DNA of 64,000 nucleotides from a virus (taxonomy: Duplodnaviria > Caudoviricetes). Below the pieces are notes generated by a model. It saw only the letters and a list, made by a program, of their open reading frames with translations. It made no database searches and had not been told where the DNA came from. The stretch is taken from IMG/VR virus record IMGVR_UViG_3300013713_000001, positions 96,001 through 160,000 of that record; one strand, given 5' to 3'. The translations under genes and the position numbers were made by a program. This document shows, piece after piece, positions 48,905 to 59,613 of this stretch. Each line of letters opens with the position of its first letter. Position 1 is the first letter of the stretch.

Positions 48905-49409
48905 AGTAGCTACCACCACCGAAGAGTTGAAGGAAACGAATAACTTGAGCCGGACCAATACCCGCCATCAGGTTGAAGAGGTCCATGTCATGAACCACAT
49001 AACCGTCTTCCAGCAAGGACAGGTTACCTGACGTGCGCTTCTGAGGAGAGTACGTAGCTGCTCGGTTCTTGACCGCTGCCTTAGCCTTGTTCTCTTCGAA
49101 GTTGATGCAGGTAACCAGGGGAACCGCACTGATCTTGCCGTTAAGGAAATGAACCACGTCTTTGACAAGCGTCGACAGGGGACCAGAACCACCGTAGTAG
49201 TTGGCCTCCATGAACTGACGGAAACTCCCACCCATCAGTCGCTTGGCTTCGCGCATGGTTTCGATGGAGAGATCCCCTTCGATTACCAGCGCAAAGTCCA
49301 AGACCCCATCACGGCGCATGAGGGCAAAGTTCTTGAAAATGTTGTCCAGGTCGGTGTCGCTCAACTGGTCACTTACAAAGCCGTTACCAAACTGACGATA
49401 ATTAGCCAT
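48897..49409 (-). CDS. Probable head protein
   Basis: 170 aa, overlaps both neighbours in the head operon. Confidence 0.55.
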   Translation of the reverse strand: MANYRQFGNGFVSDQLSDTDLDNIFKNFALMRRDGVLDFALVIEGDLSIETMREAKRLMGGSFRQFMEANYYGGSGPLSTLVKDVVHFLNGKISAVPLVTCINFEENKAKAAVKNRAATYSPQKRTSGNLSLLEDGYVVHDMDLFNLMAGIGPAQVIRFLQLFGGGSYYG

Positions 49410-50292
49410 GAGCGCTCCGGTACATGTTGTCGATCTCGGCGATCCGCGCGGTCCCTTTGAGGATGCGGTCCTGGTAGTCTTCGATGCGCTCGTCGAGCTC
49501 AGCGTCGTTCGTACCGTTCTTCTGGTTCACCGCCTGGCTGATCTTCATCGCGAAGCGTTCGTTGGCCAGACGGATCTGCTCGATCTCGTTGACGTGGTTC
49601 TTCATGCGGTTCAGCTTCCACCAGTACCGCGGGTTGAAGTGATGCACGCCGAGGCTTTGCGAGGTCAGCAGGGTGCGCATCCCGCTGCCTTCCATGACCC
49701 CGATAGACGATTCAGTCACGTCCACTTCCGGGATGTTGTTCAGGTCGGCGAGAATCGCCTTGTGACCCTTCATCAGCCAGACGAAGGTACCTTTGTAGTA
49801 CTCGAGGGTCTGGGTGAGGAAACGCAGGTCGAGCTTGGTGGCCGTGTTGTCGACGTGCTGGTTGGCCTTGTTGTTGAGGCTGATGAGCACGTCATACACG
49901 ATACTCGTGTACTTCAGCCAATGGTCGATCTGTTCGATCGAGATGAGGATGTTGGCTTGACGCAGGTTCAGCAACTTGCCGTCCCACACGCTGTCCTTGT
50001 CCTTGGCGATCAGACGCTCCAGCTCAGTCGACAGCGCCACAACGGTTTGCAGGGCTGACTCGATGCACTTGGTGAGACCAACCCCACGCAGGCCGTTGTC
50101 GTTCAGGCCCGAGACGATGCTCTTGGTAACCGCCCACTGAGCGATCTGGGTGTCGAGGGTGATCTTGTTCGTCTGCATACGCTCCAGGTTACCCAGGAGG
50201 TCCGACGCTGTGACTTGAAGTACTGTGACGAGTTGCGACAGTTCGCTTTTCTTGAACGTTTGAACGTTCCCAACGTATTCCGTGATTTTCAT
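49402..50292 (-). CDS. Head/inner-body protein (phiKZ gp90-like)
   Basis: 296 aa, helical, FNP.YW followed by a coiled coil; strong codon bias; synteny. Confidence 0.65.
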   Translation of the reverse strand: MKITEYVGNVQTFKKSELSQLVTVLQVTASDLLGNLERMQTNKITLDTQIAQWAVTKSIVSGLNDNGLRGVGLTKCIESALQTVVALSTELERLIAKDKDSVWDGKLLNLRQANILISIEQIDHWLKYTSIVYDVLISLNNKANQHVDNTATKLDLRFLTQTLEYYKGTFVWLMKGHKAILADLNNIPEVDVTESSIGVMEGSGMRTLLTSQSLGVHHFNPRYWWKLNRMKNHVNEIEQIRLANERFAMKISQAVNQKNGTNDAELDERIEDYQDRILKGTARIAEIDNMYRSAHG

Positions 50293-51410
50293 CAGATGCC
50301 CCCGTTGAGCAGTTTGACCAGACCTTCGAGGCTGTTGACAGCCGGTTCTTTCTTCGTCTTGATTGCCAGGTCACGACGTGCGTAGATCTCAGGCATCATT
50401 TGACCGTTGGTGTAGAAGGTGAAGATACCGCTACCTTCGTTGACGACAACGATGGTGTTGGCCTTGACCGTTTTGAAGATGTCCTTACGGCTGGAAGGAT
50501 TGGAGAAGCTCTTGCCGATGTTCAGCTCGATCTGTTGCTTCTCGTCTTCGTCGATGATGAACGTGTTCGCCATGGTGTTCAGGCTGATCACACCGGTGCG
50601 GATGGCTTCGACCTTGTTGCGGACGTCACGGGCCTGGGCCTCGGTGTAGTACCGCGTGTCGTCGTTGCGCATGGCCCTGAAGCGATCGCGGATGATGTCT
50701 TCACCGTCGAACCACTCAGGGTTGGTGATCTCACCGTTGTTCTTCATGATCCAACGCATTTTGTAGCCGTCTTCGATCTTGGCCACGCCAAAGGTGTTTT
50801 CCAGCGAATCGGTGGAGGCCGGAACGATGATCTGACGGAAGGTCAGTGGCAGGTCAACCGACGCACCGTCCTTACCAAACACGGTGGCGTTGACCACGCG
50901 ACCAATGGACAGCGGAACGTATTCCTGCAGCTCCTGGACCGTCTTGCCGTTGACCGTGAAGGAGCCTTCACCAGCCTTGGGGCGAGCAGGGTCGATGTTG
51001 CCCGACGCGTAGGACTCGATGCCCGCAATCATCGACTGCAGACCGGCACGGTTCGGGTTAACGCGACCGAGGTAGGTGGAGATGTTCACACCAATCTGCT
51101 CGGCGTTGCGAATGGCGAAGTGGGAAAGGGTTGCGACGATGTCACGGATGTTGATAACCGTGATCAGATCAGCCATGTATTCCTGGTGGAGAAGGTTACC
51201 CTGAACAACAACCATCGGGGACAGCAAGGTACGGCGAGCATTCTGCCCGATCGAGGTGGTAGAAACCACATCGTATGTCTGTCTCAGCGTGTCGGCAACG
51301 TTGGTGGCGCCAGCGATGTCTTTATTGTCTGGATACAACTTTTTCATGATATCCAAAAAGAAAGAACCGACGTTCAGGATATCTCCAACCATGTGGTTTT
51401 GCGCTTTCAT
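50292..51410 (-). CDS. Head/inner-body protein (phiKZ gp89-like)
   Basis: 372 aa; L..VNPNR, IAGIES, LSIGRVV, S.N.MAN..II; synteny. Confidence 0.65.
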   Translation of the reverse strand: MKAQNHMVGDILNVGSFFLDIMKKLYPDNKDIAGATNVADTLRQTYDVVSTTSIGQNARRTLLSPMVVVQGNLLHQEYMADLITVINIRDIVATLSHFAIRNAEQIGVNISTYLGRVNPNRAGLQSMIAGIESYASGNIDPARPKAGEGSFTVNGKTVQELQEYVPLSIGRVVNATVFGKDGASVDLPLTFRQIIVPASTDSLENTFGVAKIEDGYKMRWIMKNNGEITNPEWFDGEDIIRDRFRAMRNDDTRYYTEAQARDVRNKVEAIRTGVISLNTMANTFIIDEDEKQQIELNIGKSFSNPSSRKDIFKTVKANTIVVVNEGSGIFTFYTNGQMMPEIYARRDLAIKTKKEPAVNSLEGLVKLLNGGI

Positions 51411-51441
51411 GGGTCTTCACCTTTAATCATTGGGTATTGAA

Positions 51442-52515
51442 ATGGCTGATGAAACGAATGATTCCCAGGATTTCTTCAATAAGACCCCCGGGTTGAATGC
51501 ACCTGGGGAACAACTAAACGACAGCAACTACCGCGAATGGCTGAATACTGTCCTTTCCGAAAATGGCGGACCTGGGTACGATTCTGCTTTATTGAACAGT
51601 TTGAGGGGTATTCGGGTTCTTGGTCCTGGCCACGCAATGGCAGGCATCCCCGATGACAACATAGGATTAATGTTCTGTACCCGGCCCTCTTTAAACCTGT
51701 CGGATGCGAATGTCCAGCTGCACAGCCAACTGGTCAATTTGATCAATCCTCGACCGAATTCTCCAGCAGCTTACATCAAGGGAATGCTCGACCCAAAGTG
51801 GGGCTCAGCCAACAGCGGATTGAACAGTATCTACGATCCGTTGACCCCTTGGATACCAGCACTGACAAACTACCTAAAGGTCAGTTCGGGGTTTCCTGAC
51901 TTGAGTTTAGGGACCGGCAAAAGCACCTCTGGTTTCCGGGGCGAAGTCTACGCCTACGTCGAAGGTATCCTGAAGGTCAACTACGACTACGAGATCCATC
52001 AGAGCTTTTACAACGTGAAGCCGGGGATTATCCCTGCGCTGTTTAACACCTGGGTTCACTACATTGAAGCAGTGACCCTAGGTGACGAAGGGATGGAGCC
52101 GTACTGGAAAGCCCTGGCCGGGAACTACTACGACTTTACCTGTCGTATCTACCACTTGATCATGAACAAAAACATGCGCAACATCGAGTGGATTTTTTGT
52201 ACGGGTGGGGGTTGGCCGACAACCTTCCCATCAGGAGCCTATAGCACAATCGACCGGACCCAGAACAGTCTTCGTGGACAGGGTCAGGATGAGTTTGAAG
52301 TGACGTTTACCTGCCAAGGTTTCCGCTTCAACAACATCTCGATTGCAAAGGCGTTTAACGACAACACCTTGTACCGCAACCCCAACATGCATCCACAGGT
52401 CAGGGATCGGTACTACCGCAAGCTTTCGTTCAGGGAATACATGGCCTCCAGCTTTGGGATGTATCCTTGGATCAACCTACAGACTATGGAACTGGAATAC
52501 TGGGGAAGTCGATGA
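51442..52515 (+). CDS. Virion structural protein (phiKZ gp88-like)
   Basis: G..F.TRP.LNLS..N, P.LTN.L...SGFPD, D.TCRIY.L, P..FP.GA, YPWIN..T.ELE.W. Confidence 0.7.
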   Translation: MADETNDSQDFFNKTPGLNAPGEQLNDSNYREWLNTVLSENGGPGYDSALLNSLRGIRVLGPGHAMAGIPDDNIGLMFCTRPSLNLSDANVQLHSQLVNLINPRPNSPAAYIKGMLDPKWGSANSGLNSIYDPLTPWIPALTNYLKVSSGFPDLSLGTGKSTSGFRGEVYAYVEGILKVNYDYEIHQSFYNVKPGIIPALFNTWVHYIEAVTLGDEGMEPYWKALAGNYYDFTCRIYHLIMNKNMRNIEWIFCTGGGWPTTFPSGAYSTIDRTQNSLRGQGQDEFEVTFTCQGFRFNNISIAKAFNDNTLYRNPNMHPQVRDRYYRKLSFREYMASSFGMYPWINLQTMELEYWGSR

Positions 52516-55442
52516 ACCTTACTCAAGAAGAATTGGAACGGTTGGCCGCTAACCCGATGCGGGGCATCAACCTCGTGGTTAACGGGATTGAGGATACCTA
52601 CTTCAACGGCCAGAAACAGATCAACAGCAAAGCCCACCCTGCGGTGTTGGCTATCAGCTTGATCCTTGGGACCACGAACAGTTTCTTTAACCGCTTGGCA
52701 GATGCGACGAGTGAGCTCCATCCAAAGCACGCTCGCAACATGAACCAGCTAAGCCGTAACACCAGCAGCCAGGAACTTTACGGCCTGTACGCTGATCCTG
52801 CGAACAGCATGCTGCTCTTTGCGCTCTCACTGGAAACCTTTAAAGGTCTGGCCCGTGATCGGGTAGAACAACAGGGCAACCTGTCGGTGACCTACAAAGA
52901 GATGCTGATTCCGAAAGACACGATCATCCCAATCAATGGTTATGACTTTGCCATCATGAACGGGATCAAGATCATGTATAACGAGCGCAGCGGCTGGAAC
53001 GTGATCTACGATGCGGACACGAACAACCCGCTCCGTGAGATCACGACAAACCTGCTGCGTTACGAGTTCAAGCTTGCTAATGATGTCGAATACCTGATGG
53101 TCTACATCCCTGTGTTGCAGATGAGCTGCAAGGGTATCGAGAACATTACCTCGAACTCGGCGTCGGGGTGCTCTGGTTCGTACAACTACACGGACCACCT
53201 GTACGGCATCCGAGCCTTCCTTGTTACAAGCACAGGAATGAAGGAGATTGAGGTCAGCTACAACCGGGCAGTGTTTGATCCACTGCGAGTAACTCTGGCC
53301 TGTGATCTGGACACCGTTAACAAGCGGGTGGACTACGAGATCCCTGACGTCTACATCGCCAACGGCCTGGGTGTTGGCAGTGTTCGGATCTACACCTACA
53401 CCACCAAGGGTGCCCTGGTAAAGGACCTGATGGACATCTCGGCGGGTTCGATTGTTCCGAACTACCAGGATTACCGTTACGGGATGGGAAACCTGAACGA
53501 ATACTCTGCGCCACTGCGCAATGCCAGTAATGTGGTGTGGCAAGCCGCTGAGGGGGTTCGAGGGGGTCGTAACCCTACATCGTTTATCGAGATGAAGCAG
53601 CGGGTCATTGACGGTCGGCAGATCCGTACGTTACCGATCACTGAAAAGAACGTGGAAGGGATCGCACTGAACAATGGTTACGGCTCGGTTCTGGTGATCG
53701 ACTACGTGACCGGTCGACAGTACGCGCTGAGCGGGGAACTGCCTTACCAGTCGAACAAAGACTTCCTCGCACCGATGAGCTGTTACGTCGGAAGTCACCT
53801 GTCGTCGATTGAAGACATGCTTGGCAGTGGGGTGGCCAAAGACAACGGCGATCGCATCACGATCCCAAACAACGTACTCTTTGACATCTCTAACCCTACG
53901 TCGCAATTGGTCAACAGCTACAACAAGTCACGCTATCTCCAGATGACTCCAGAGCAGAAGGTGGACTTGTTGGGAAACACCACCCTTGTCTACACACCGT
54001 TCTATTACGTTGTGGATGTGACCGACAACCAGGCTTCGCTGCGAACCTACAACCTGGACACTCCAACGGTTAACGTCCAGCGTTATATACGTAACAACCC
54101 AGCGTTGGGCCTTGGGGTGGGTGTGGGCAGTTTGGCTATTGAACATCGGGAAGACGGTTACACCATCTACCTGACCACAAAGTCGGACAATGCCTACAAG
54201 CAGCTCATCAACGAGCAGTTGGGCATCCAGTTGTCGATCACCCCACCCGAAACCAGTCAGACTGCGAACCTTGCGGGTAAACTTGTCTCGGTCACCGGTG
54301 ACGGTGAACGTAACTGGGAGTTCTACCTCGACAGCCGTTTCGATGTGGACTTGAACGACCTCATCTACTTCAACAGCTTTAACCAGTTCGGGTCGAAGCA
54401 GGATCAGGTTCGTTGCTCGCTCAGTACCGAGTTGACCTTTATCTTCTGTGTTGAAGGTGACCAGGACAGCACGCAGTCGTTGCTTGATCCCAAGATTGAC
54501 GAAAGTCTCTTCCGCGAGGAAATGGTAGGGATCCTTGAAACGACGTACAGCGTGACCTTTGGTAAACGTCTGGCAAACATGTACAGCCGTATTCGTCCCC
54601 TGATTGGTGAAGCCCAGTACAAGCGCTATGACGTGGATGTTCCGGCTACCTATGACACCACGAAGTACAAGCGTGTCAACGGTGAGGTCGTCTTTGACAG
54701 CAAAGGTAAAGCGGTGGTCGAGTACCGGGCTGGCGACATCATCTACGAGAAAGATGGAGTCACCCCTACCTTGAAGTACCGGGCGGGTATCGATATCGTG
54801 ATGGAGAACGGTAAGCCTGTTGAGTTGGAGCCGCGTAAGAAGAAGTACCATTGGGACTTTGTGGCCTTTGATGGTAACTACTTCTTCAGCAAGGATGATT
54901 ACGATCTGGAGTTTGCACGGGACACGAAGCGTTACTTTGCGGAGACCATTACCGGTGACATGGAACGACTGTCGGCTGAAACCCTTGACCTGACTAAGTT
55001 GTTCTTCCAACCGAAAAGCAAACTTGGTTTCCAACGGGTGGTGATCAACAGCAACTATGAAGGGGTGCTGCGTCAAGACCTCTCCTTTGTTGTGACGTAT
55101 TACCTCAGTGAATCTGGGATGCGTAACCAGGCCCTGAAAACAGCCTTGGCAGCCAGTGACCCTAAACAACTGAACTTGGGCTTACTGAACAAGACTACAA
55201 TCTCTACGGAGATGCTGACAAAGCAGGTCAGTTCGGCGAACACGAGCGAAGAAGTGATTGCTGTAAAACTCAGTGCTGTTTCCGGAGACAGTACCGTTGA
55301 CGTCATCAGTAACTTGGATGACCTGACGGGGTTCAGTATCCGTAAGCGTCTCGAGTTGAGCAGTGATGGGTTGCTGGGGATCAAGGAGTCGGTTGAAACG
55401 ATCTTTATGCCTCACGATGTACGCATGCGCGCAACCGTTTAA
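52512..55442 (+). CDS. Large baseplate/virion structural protein (phiKZ gp87-like)
   Basis: About 976 aa; ATGA overlap; IP.VY...G.....RI..YTTKG, GGRN...F, YTPFYYV.D. Confidence 0.7.
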   Translation: MNLTQEELERLAANPMRGINLVVNGIEDTYFNGQKQINSKAHPAVLAISLILGTTNSFFNRLADATSELHPKHARNMNQLSRNTSSQELYGLYADPANSMLLFALSLETFKGLARDRVEQQGNLSVTYKEMLIPKDTIIPINGYDFAIMNGIKIMYNERSGWNVIYDADTNNPLREITTNLLRYEFKLANDVEYLMVYIPVLQMSCKGIENITSNSASGCSGSYNYTDHLYGIRAFLVTSTGMKEIEVSYNRAVFDPLRVTLACDLDTVNKRVDYEIPDVYIANGLGVGSVRIYTYTTKGALVKDLMDISAGSIVPNYQDYRYGMGNLNEYSAPLRNASNVVWQAAEGVRGGRNPTSFIEMKQRVIDGRQIRTLPITEKNVEGIALNNGYGSVLVIDYVTGRQYALSGELPYQSNKDFLAPMSCYVGSHLSSIEDMLGSGVAKDNGDRITIPNNVLFDISNPTSQLVNSYNKSRYLQMTPEQKVDLLGNTTLVYTPFYYVVDVTDNQASLRTYNLDTPTVNVQRYIRNNPALGLGVGVGSLAIEHREDGYTIYLTTKSDNAYKQLINEQLGIQLSITPPETSQTANLAGKLVSVTGDGERNWEFYLDSRFDVDLNDLIYFNSFNQFGSKQDQVRCSLSTELTFIFCVEGDQDSTQSLLDPKIDESLFREEMVGILETTYSVTFGKRLANMYSRIRPLIGEAQYKRYDVDVPATYDTTKYKRVNGEVVFDSKGKAVVEYRAGDIIYEKDGVTPTLKYRAGIDIVMENGKPVELEPRKKKYHWDFVAFDGNYFFSKDDYDLEFARDTKRYFAETITGDMERLSAETLDLTKLFFQPKSKLGFQRVVINSNYEGVLRQDLSFVVTYYLSESGMRNQALKTALAASDPKQLNLGLLNKTTISTEMLTKQVSSANTSEEVIAVKLSAVSGDSTVDVISNLDDLTGFSIRKRLELSSDGLLGIKESVETIFMPHDVRMRATV

Positions 55443-55450
55443 ACGTTAGC

Positions 55451-55485
55451 CTACCCTACCCAGCCCGCAAGGCTGGGTAGGGTAG
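55451..55485. terminator. Bidirectional hairpin, TACCCTAC family
   Basis: CTACCCTACCCAGCC-CGCAA-GGCTGGGTAGGGTAG between convergent genes. Confidence 0.8.
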
Positions 55486-55495
55486 TTACTGACGC

Positions 55496-56206
55496 TTATG
55501 CAGGCTCGAAGTCGTCGAGGTAATCCGAGAACAGGCCAACCAGCTGGACCATTCCAACCAGTTGACTGGCCTTGTAGTTCACGAAGCCCAGACGCATGTC
55601 ACTGTTGTTGAGGGAATCCAGCAGCGACTCCTTCAACTTGGCTTGTGACTTACGAATAAACTCACCGTAGTCCACGAGCAACAGGTAGTCACCGTTTTCC
55701 ACACTTACGCTTTCTTCGGTGACGTCTTTCCACGACTTGATCTGACCTTTCTGCAGCGCTTCCGAGTCAGGGTACCAGAACAGGTCACGGACGTAATCAG
55801 CAAAGCGCGCAGGCTCCTTACGGAACGCATTGTACTTCTCGATTGCTTCCGGGTCGTTCAGGCCCATATCGTTGATCTGCTTATAGATCGTTGTTACCTT
55901 TTCGATGATTTCCGGAAACGCCTTCTCGAAGAACTCGAGCGTTTGTGGAATCGACATCAGCATCGACACCTTGCCGGTGAACGGGGTGTTGAGGATGACG
56001 TTACCGTTACGCTCGGGAAACTCGGTGGAGAGTTCCGTCTTGATCCGCATCGCCTCGGCAGGGGTCCAGAGGTTGTCGACGATCTCGTAAGCCACCGAGA
56101 TAGGACAGCTCTTTTGCAGGCGCTCCATAATCCCGTCACTGACAGACTTGAGGTCTTGGAGTTCCTTGAGTGCGTTGGCTTTGAACTGACGAATTTCAGG
56201 AGTCAT
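55496..56206 (-). CDS. Hypothetical helical protein, probably virion-associated
   Basis: 236 aa, ATGA overlap with the upstream head gene. Confidence 0.6.
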   Translation of the reverse strand: MTPEIRQFKANALKELQDLKSVSDGIMERLQKSCPISVAYEIVDNLWTPAEAMRIKTELSTEFPERNGNVILNTPFTGKVSMLMSIPQTLEFFEKAFPEIIEKVTTIYKQINDMGLNDPEAIEKYNAFRKEPARFADYVRDLFWYPDSEALQKGQIKSWKDVTEESVSVENGDYLLLVDYGEFIRKSQAKLKESLLDSLNNSDMRLGFVNYKASQLVGMVQLVGLFSDYLDDFEPA

Positions 56207-57720
56207 ATCGTCCTACCCATCCCAGTGTCTTTAACGAAGTTGTTGTACACCGACTTCAGGTTACCGATGTCCTTGTCAAGGATCTCCTTCGAGGTGACCC
56301 CAAACTTCTCCATAAAGGTCTTGGCGTCCGCATCGTCGATAAACTCGAACTGTACGGTCGGAGACCCGTCGGGAGCCATCATCGGGTTAGCCCCGTGAGC
56401 CGCTGCCTCGAGGTTCAGCTTGCGCAGGGTTTCGAGGTCGTCGAGCAGAGCATGGTAGAACCACAGATGACCGCGGACATGCCAGCGCACGAGGTTGTCG
56501 ATCTGACGACCCACAAGGGAGAGCTGACGGGTCACCACCTGGCAGAACTGGGTGTAGTTGCGCACCGCTACTGCAACTGCCTGGTATTCCGCCACAAGGG
56601 TAGGTGCACCGTAGTGATCACCGATGGCCTTTACCTTGTCCGCATCCGACTTCTCGATAGCGGTACCGAGTTGACGGAAGTTGATCCCCGACATGTCAAC
56701 GGTGTTGTCCGAGATCGTAGCCGCTCGTGCGTTCAGGCCCTGAATACTCGTCATGAGATCGGCAACGTTGCTCTTGCTTAGCTGGACGCTGTGCTGGACA
56801 ACCACGGTATCCAGTTCCTTACGCACCTTCGCAAAGCCATTGGTCAGCTCGTCATTGCTAAAGCTCACCTTGTACAGCTTCGACAAGAGGTCTGCCACCA
56901 GCGGAACAACGCTCGAGGCGGTAACCGAGGTGGTAGCTTCCGCGCATTCCTTCAGGATACGAATCACTTCAGGAGACGACGTCCAGTTCAAGGTTTCGTT
57001 GTTCGCCCGGCGTACACGGGTCTTCTGGAACTCCTCGCCGATTGCCTTCTTGAGGTTGGCAAATGCACGGACGGCTTTGTTCGAAGACTTCGTCAGTTCA
57101 CCAATGGTCTGTTGGAACAACGGCAAGGCCAGGCCGAGTCCCTCAATGGCTTCCTTGTCCGTTTCGAACTTGGTCTTCATTACCGAGAGTTGACCCAGAC
57201 GATCCACACCGTTTGGTAACTTGCCGATGAAGTGTTCCAGTCGGTAATCTTTCCCCGGGAACCCAAGACCATTGAGGACCTGTTCGAACTCGGTCTTCAG
57301 GTTGTCGAGCTTGCTATCAACCACCTTTTCGATCCGCTCGCTCTTACGGAATCCAAAGATCCCTTTGACTGTACTGGCCACCCAATCAATGGCCATGCGG
57401 ATGTACTTGATGATGTTCTCGATAAAGGTCTGGAAACCTTCATAGACCGTGGCAAAGAAACCTTCCGCACCAAGGACGGCGTTGCGCTCAGACGGGTACG
57501 AGTCCATTTGGGTATAGGACTCGACCCCGAGAACGGCAGCCAGCTTGCGATCGAGACGGTTGAGGGAGAGCGACTCCAGGCCTTGCACCATATGGTCGGC
57601 TTTACCCTGCTCGGTTTCAACGTAGAGCTCGTCGAGGTCTACCAGCTGACCGCTTTCCCCAGGTTGCCACTGGTTGACCGGATCGCTCTTTTGCAGGTAC
57701 GCGCTCAGTGGACTACTCAT
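56203..57720 (-). CDS. Internal head protein
   Basis: 505 aa; QGLE, LGVE, LGAE, then GFFATVYEGFQTFIENIIKYIRMAIDWV. Confidence 0.7.
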   Translation of the reverse strand: MSSPLSAYLQKSDPVNQWQPGESGQLVDLDELYVETEQGKADHMVQGLESLSLNRLDRKLAAVLGVESYTQMDSYPSERNAVLGAEGFFATVYEGFQTFIENIIKYIRMAIDWVASTVKGIFGFRKSERIEKVVDSKLDNLKTEFEQVLNGLGFPGKDYRLEHFIGKLPNGVDRLGQLSVMKTKFETDKEAIEGLGLALPLFQQTIGELTKSSNKAVRAFANLKKAIGEEFQKTRVRRANNETLNWTSSPEVIRILKECAEATTSVTASSVVPLVADLLSKLYKVSFSNDELTNGFAKVRKELDTVVVQHSVQLSKSNVADLMTSIQGLNARAATISDNTVDMSGINFRQLGTAIEKSDADKVKAIGDHYGAPTLVAEYQAVAVAVRNYTQFCQVVTRQLSLVGRQIDNLVRWHVRGHLWFYHALLDDLETLRKLNLEAAAHGANPMMAPDGSPTVQFEFIDDADAKTFMEKFGVTSKEILDKDIGNLKSVYNNFVKDTGMGRTI

Positions 57721-58156
57721 GGTGAGCCACCACTTCTTTGTAGAGGTAGTTCAGAAGCACGCTGAACAGTTCGTTGTCCGTGGCAACAAACTTCGCATGC
57801 ACTACCTGGCCCTCGGTGTCGTGGGTCTCGACATCGAAGACGAGTTCGTAGGTACTTGCCGGCGACACCACGCCGCTGTTCGACAGCTCCTTATGGAGGG
57901 TGGCCAGGCGGCTACGGGCCGACTCGAAGATGAAGCGAGCGTTGATCGGGAACACCGAGTTCCAGGTGTCCATCTGTTCCCAGATGGTCTCTTCGGTGAC
58001 CGTCGAGAAATGGAAGGTGTTGTTGATCTTGCAGTTGTACATCACCAGCGCGCGGATGAAGGCTTCTTGCACGGCCGTGGTCTGCTTGGCATTGCAGGTA
58101 ACCCCCTGATCACCCAGGAAGCTGATGTAGTCGACAACGTGTTTGAGATGGGACAT
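57713..58156 (-). CDS. Small head-block protein (phiKZ gp85-like by synteny)
   Basis: 147 aa with AAGGAG RBS. Confidence 0.6.
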   Translation of the reverse strand: MSHLKHVVDYISFLGDQGVTCNAKQTTAVQEAFIRALVMYNCKINNTFHFSTVTEETIWEQMDTWNSVFPINARFIFESARSRLATLHKELSNSGVVSPASTYELVFDVETHDTEGQVVHAKFVATDNELFSVLLNYLYKEVVAHHE

Positions 58157-58160
58157 GAGG

Positions 58161-59534
58161 TTACACTCCTTTCAGGCGTTCAGCCAAAACAGTCATTTCG
58201 TTGTTGTTGAGGGCTTGGGTAAAATGCTCGATCTCACGGAACTTGAAGTCGCTCCCAGAGAAGACCCAGCCCATGGCGCGATAGACAAAGGTGTTCTCGT
58301 ACCACTTGTGGCTACTTTCCAGAATCTTCAGCATCTCGGCAACGTCATTGACCAGTTTGCTGCGTTCTGTCGCAGGGAGACCTTTGCACTCCTTGATCTT
58401 GGCGATCATCTGCCGAACGGCATCTTCCATGCGGCGGATGTCTGAGTTGTACACCCCCGAGAAAGCAGGACTGAAGTAGTACATGAGCGAGGTGATGGCT
58501 CCTGCCGCTACCATTGCACCGAGCAGGAGGGGCAGGCTGACAGCAGTCCCGGTCAACCAGACAGGAATCATGACGACGTACCCGGCATAGAGTCCAGCCA
58601 TGCAGCTCACTGCAATATTGCTCAGGAAGCTGGAAACAACGCCGTGAGTGGTGAGAACACCGATAGCCGCTACCATGGCCTTACCGCAACCCATGCGGAT
58701 CGCGTACATGTCTGCCACGACCTCAGAGGTCATCTCGGGAACCCCTACCGAGAGTGCACGCTGGCTGTTACGCTGAGCGGTCATCTTTGTGTAGTACATG
58801 AGGAAGGATTCATCGTTGGCCTGCTTGGCGAACTCCATGAGCTCGTCAGCCTTTGGTGTCTTCAACCCCAGCAAGGTCGCAGCGTCTTTCAGAACCACCA
58901 CACGTTCTTCATCACGACGGCAGTTGCGGTAGGCCGCGATGGAAGCCTGGGCCACCACGTTGTCCTGGAAGCAGGTCAGCATCATCATGCAACCCGAGAA
59001 GGCATGCCCGAGCTCATGGGTAATACCTGCCGCCAACAATTCCTCGGGGGTGGTGTTCCAACGCTTGGTGGCACTCTCCCCAAAGTAGTCGGTGATCCTT
59101 ACGTTAATGCCAAGCTCGAGCGGTATCGTCTTGAACGATCCACCGACACGTCCGGTGCTGTAGTTGACCGAACCCTTAAAGATCTTGTCTTTGTTCTGAG
59201 CGAACCAACGGTAAATAGTCGTTTCGGTACTGTCGAGCCAATACTCTACACCCTTACTGTTCAGCACATGACCTGGAGCGAAGTAACCTGTGTCCATGTA
59301 CAGGTTGCCATCTTCCATGAAATTCACGTTGATGTTTTCAAAACCCGTGTAATCTTTGATGACTTTAAGAAGAGGATCCAGAACGGTTTTCTGCAATACG
59401 GGAGTCTTGGTCGCGTAACTCATGTGCTCCTTGATAACGCTGACCAATGTTACGTAAAAGCTGTCGTTCTGGAACTGCATAAACTCCAAACCAGCTACTT
59501 GCTCCTTTTGAACAAGAAAGTTCATGTCAATCAT
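58161..59534 (-). CDS. Virion head protein with membrane zinc-metalloprotease (M48-like) motifs (phiKZ gp84-like by synteny)
   Basis: VAGLE site, AAGITHELGH, SEVVADMYA...G, then 2-3 hydrophobic helices. Confidence 0.65.
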   Translation of the reverse strand: MIDMNFLVQKEQVAGLEFMQFQNDSFYVTLVSVIKEHMSYATKTPVLQKTVLDPLLKVIKDYTGFENINVNFMEDGNLYMDTGYFAPGHVLNSKGVEYWLDSTETTIYRWFAQNKDKIFKGSVNYSTGRVGGSFKTIPLELGINVRITDYFGESATKRWNTTPEELLAAGITHELGHAFSGCMMMLTCFQDNVVAQASIAAYRNCRRDEERVVVLKDAATLLGLKTPKADELMEFAKQANDESFLMYYTKMTAQRNSQRALSVGVPEMTSEVVADMYAIRMGCGKAMVAAIGVLTTHGVVSSFLSNIAVSCMAGLYAGYVVMIPVWLTGTAVSLPLLLGAMVAAGAITSLMYYFSPAFSGVYNSDIRRMEDAVRQMIAKIKECKGLPATERSKLVNDVAEMLKILESSHKWYENTFVYRAMGWVFSGSDFKFREIEHFTQALNNNEMTVLAERLKGV

Positions 59535-59613
59535 GAAGACGCTCCAGAGTAAAAAGTGACTCAGATTGCTATTAATATAGCGTCCAAGTAGGCATAAAAT
59601 GCGGAACTAGGAA

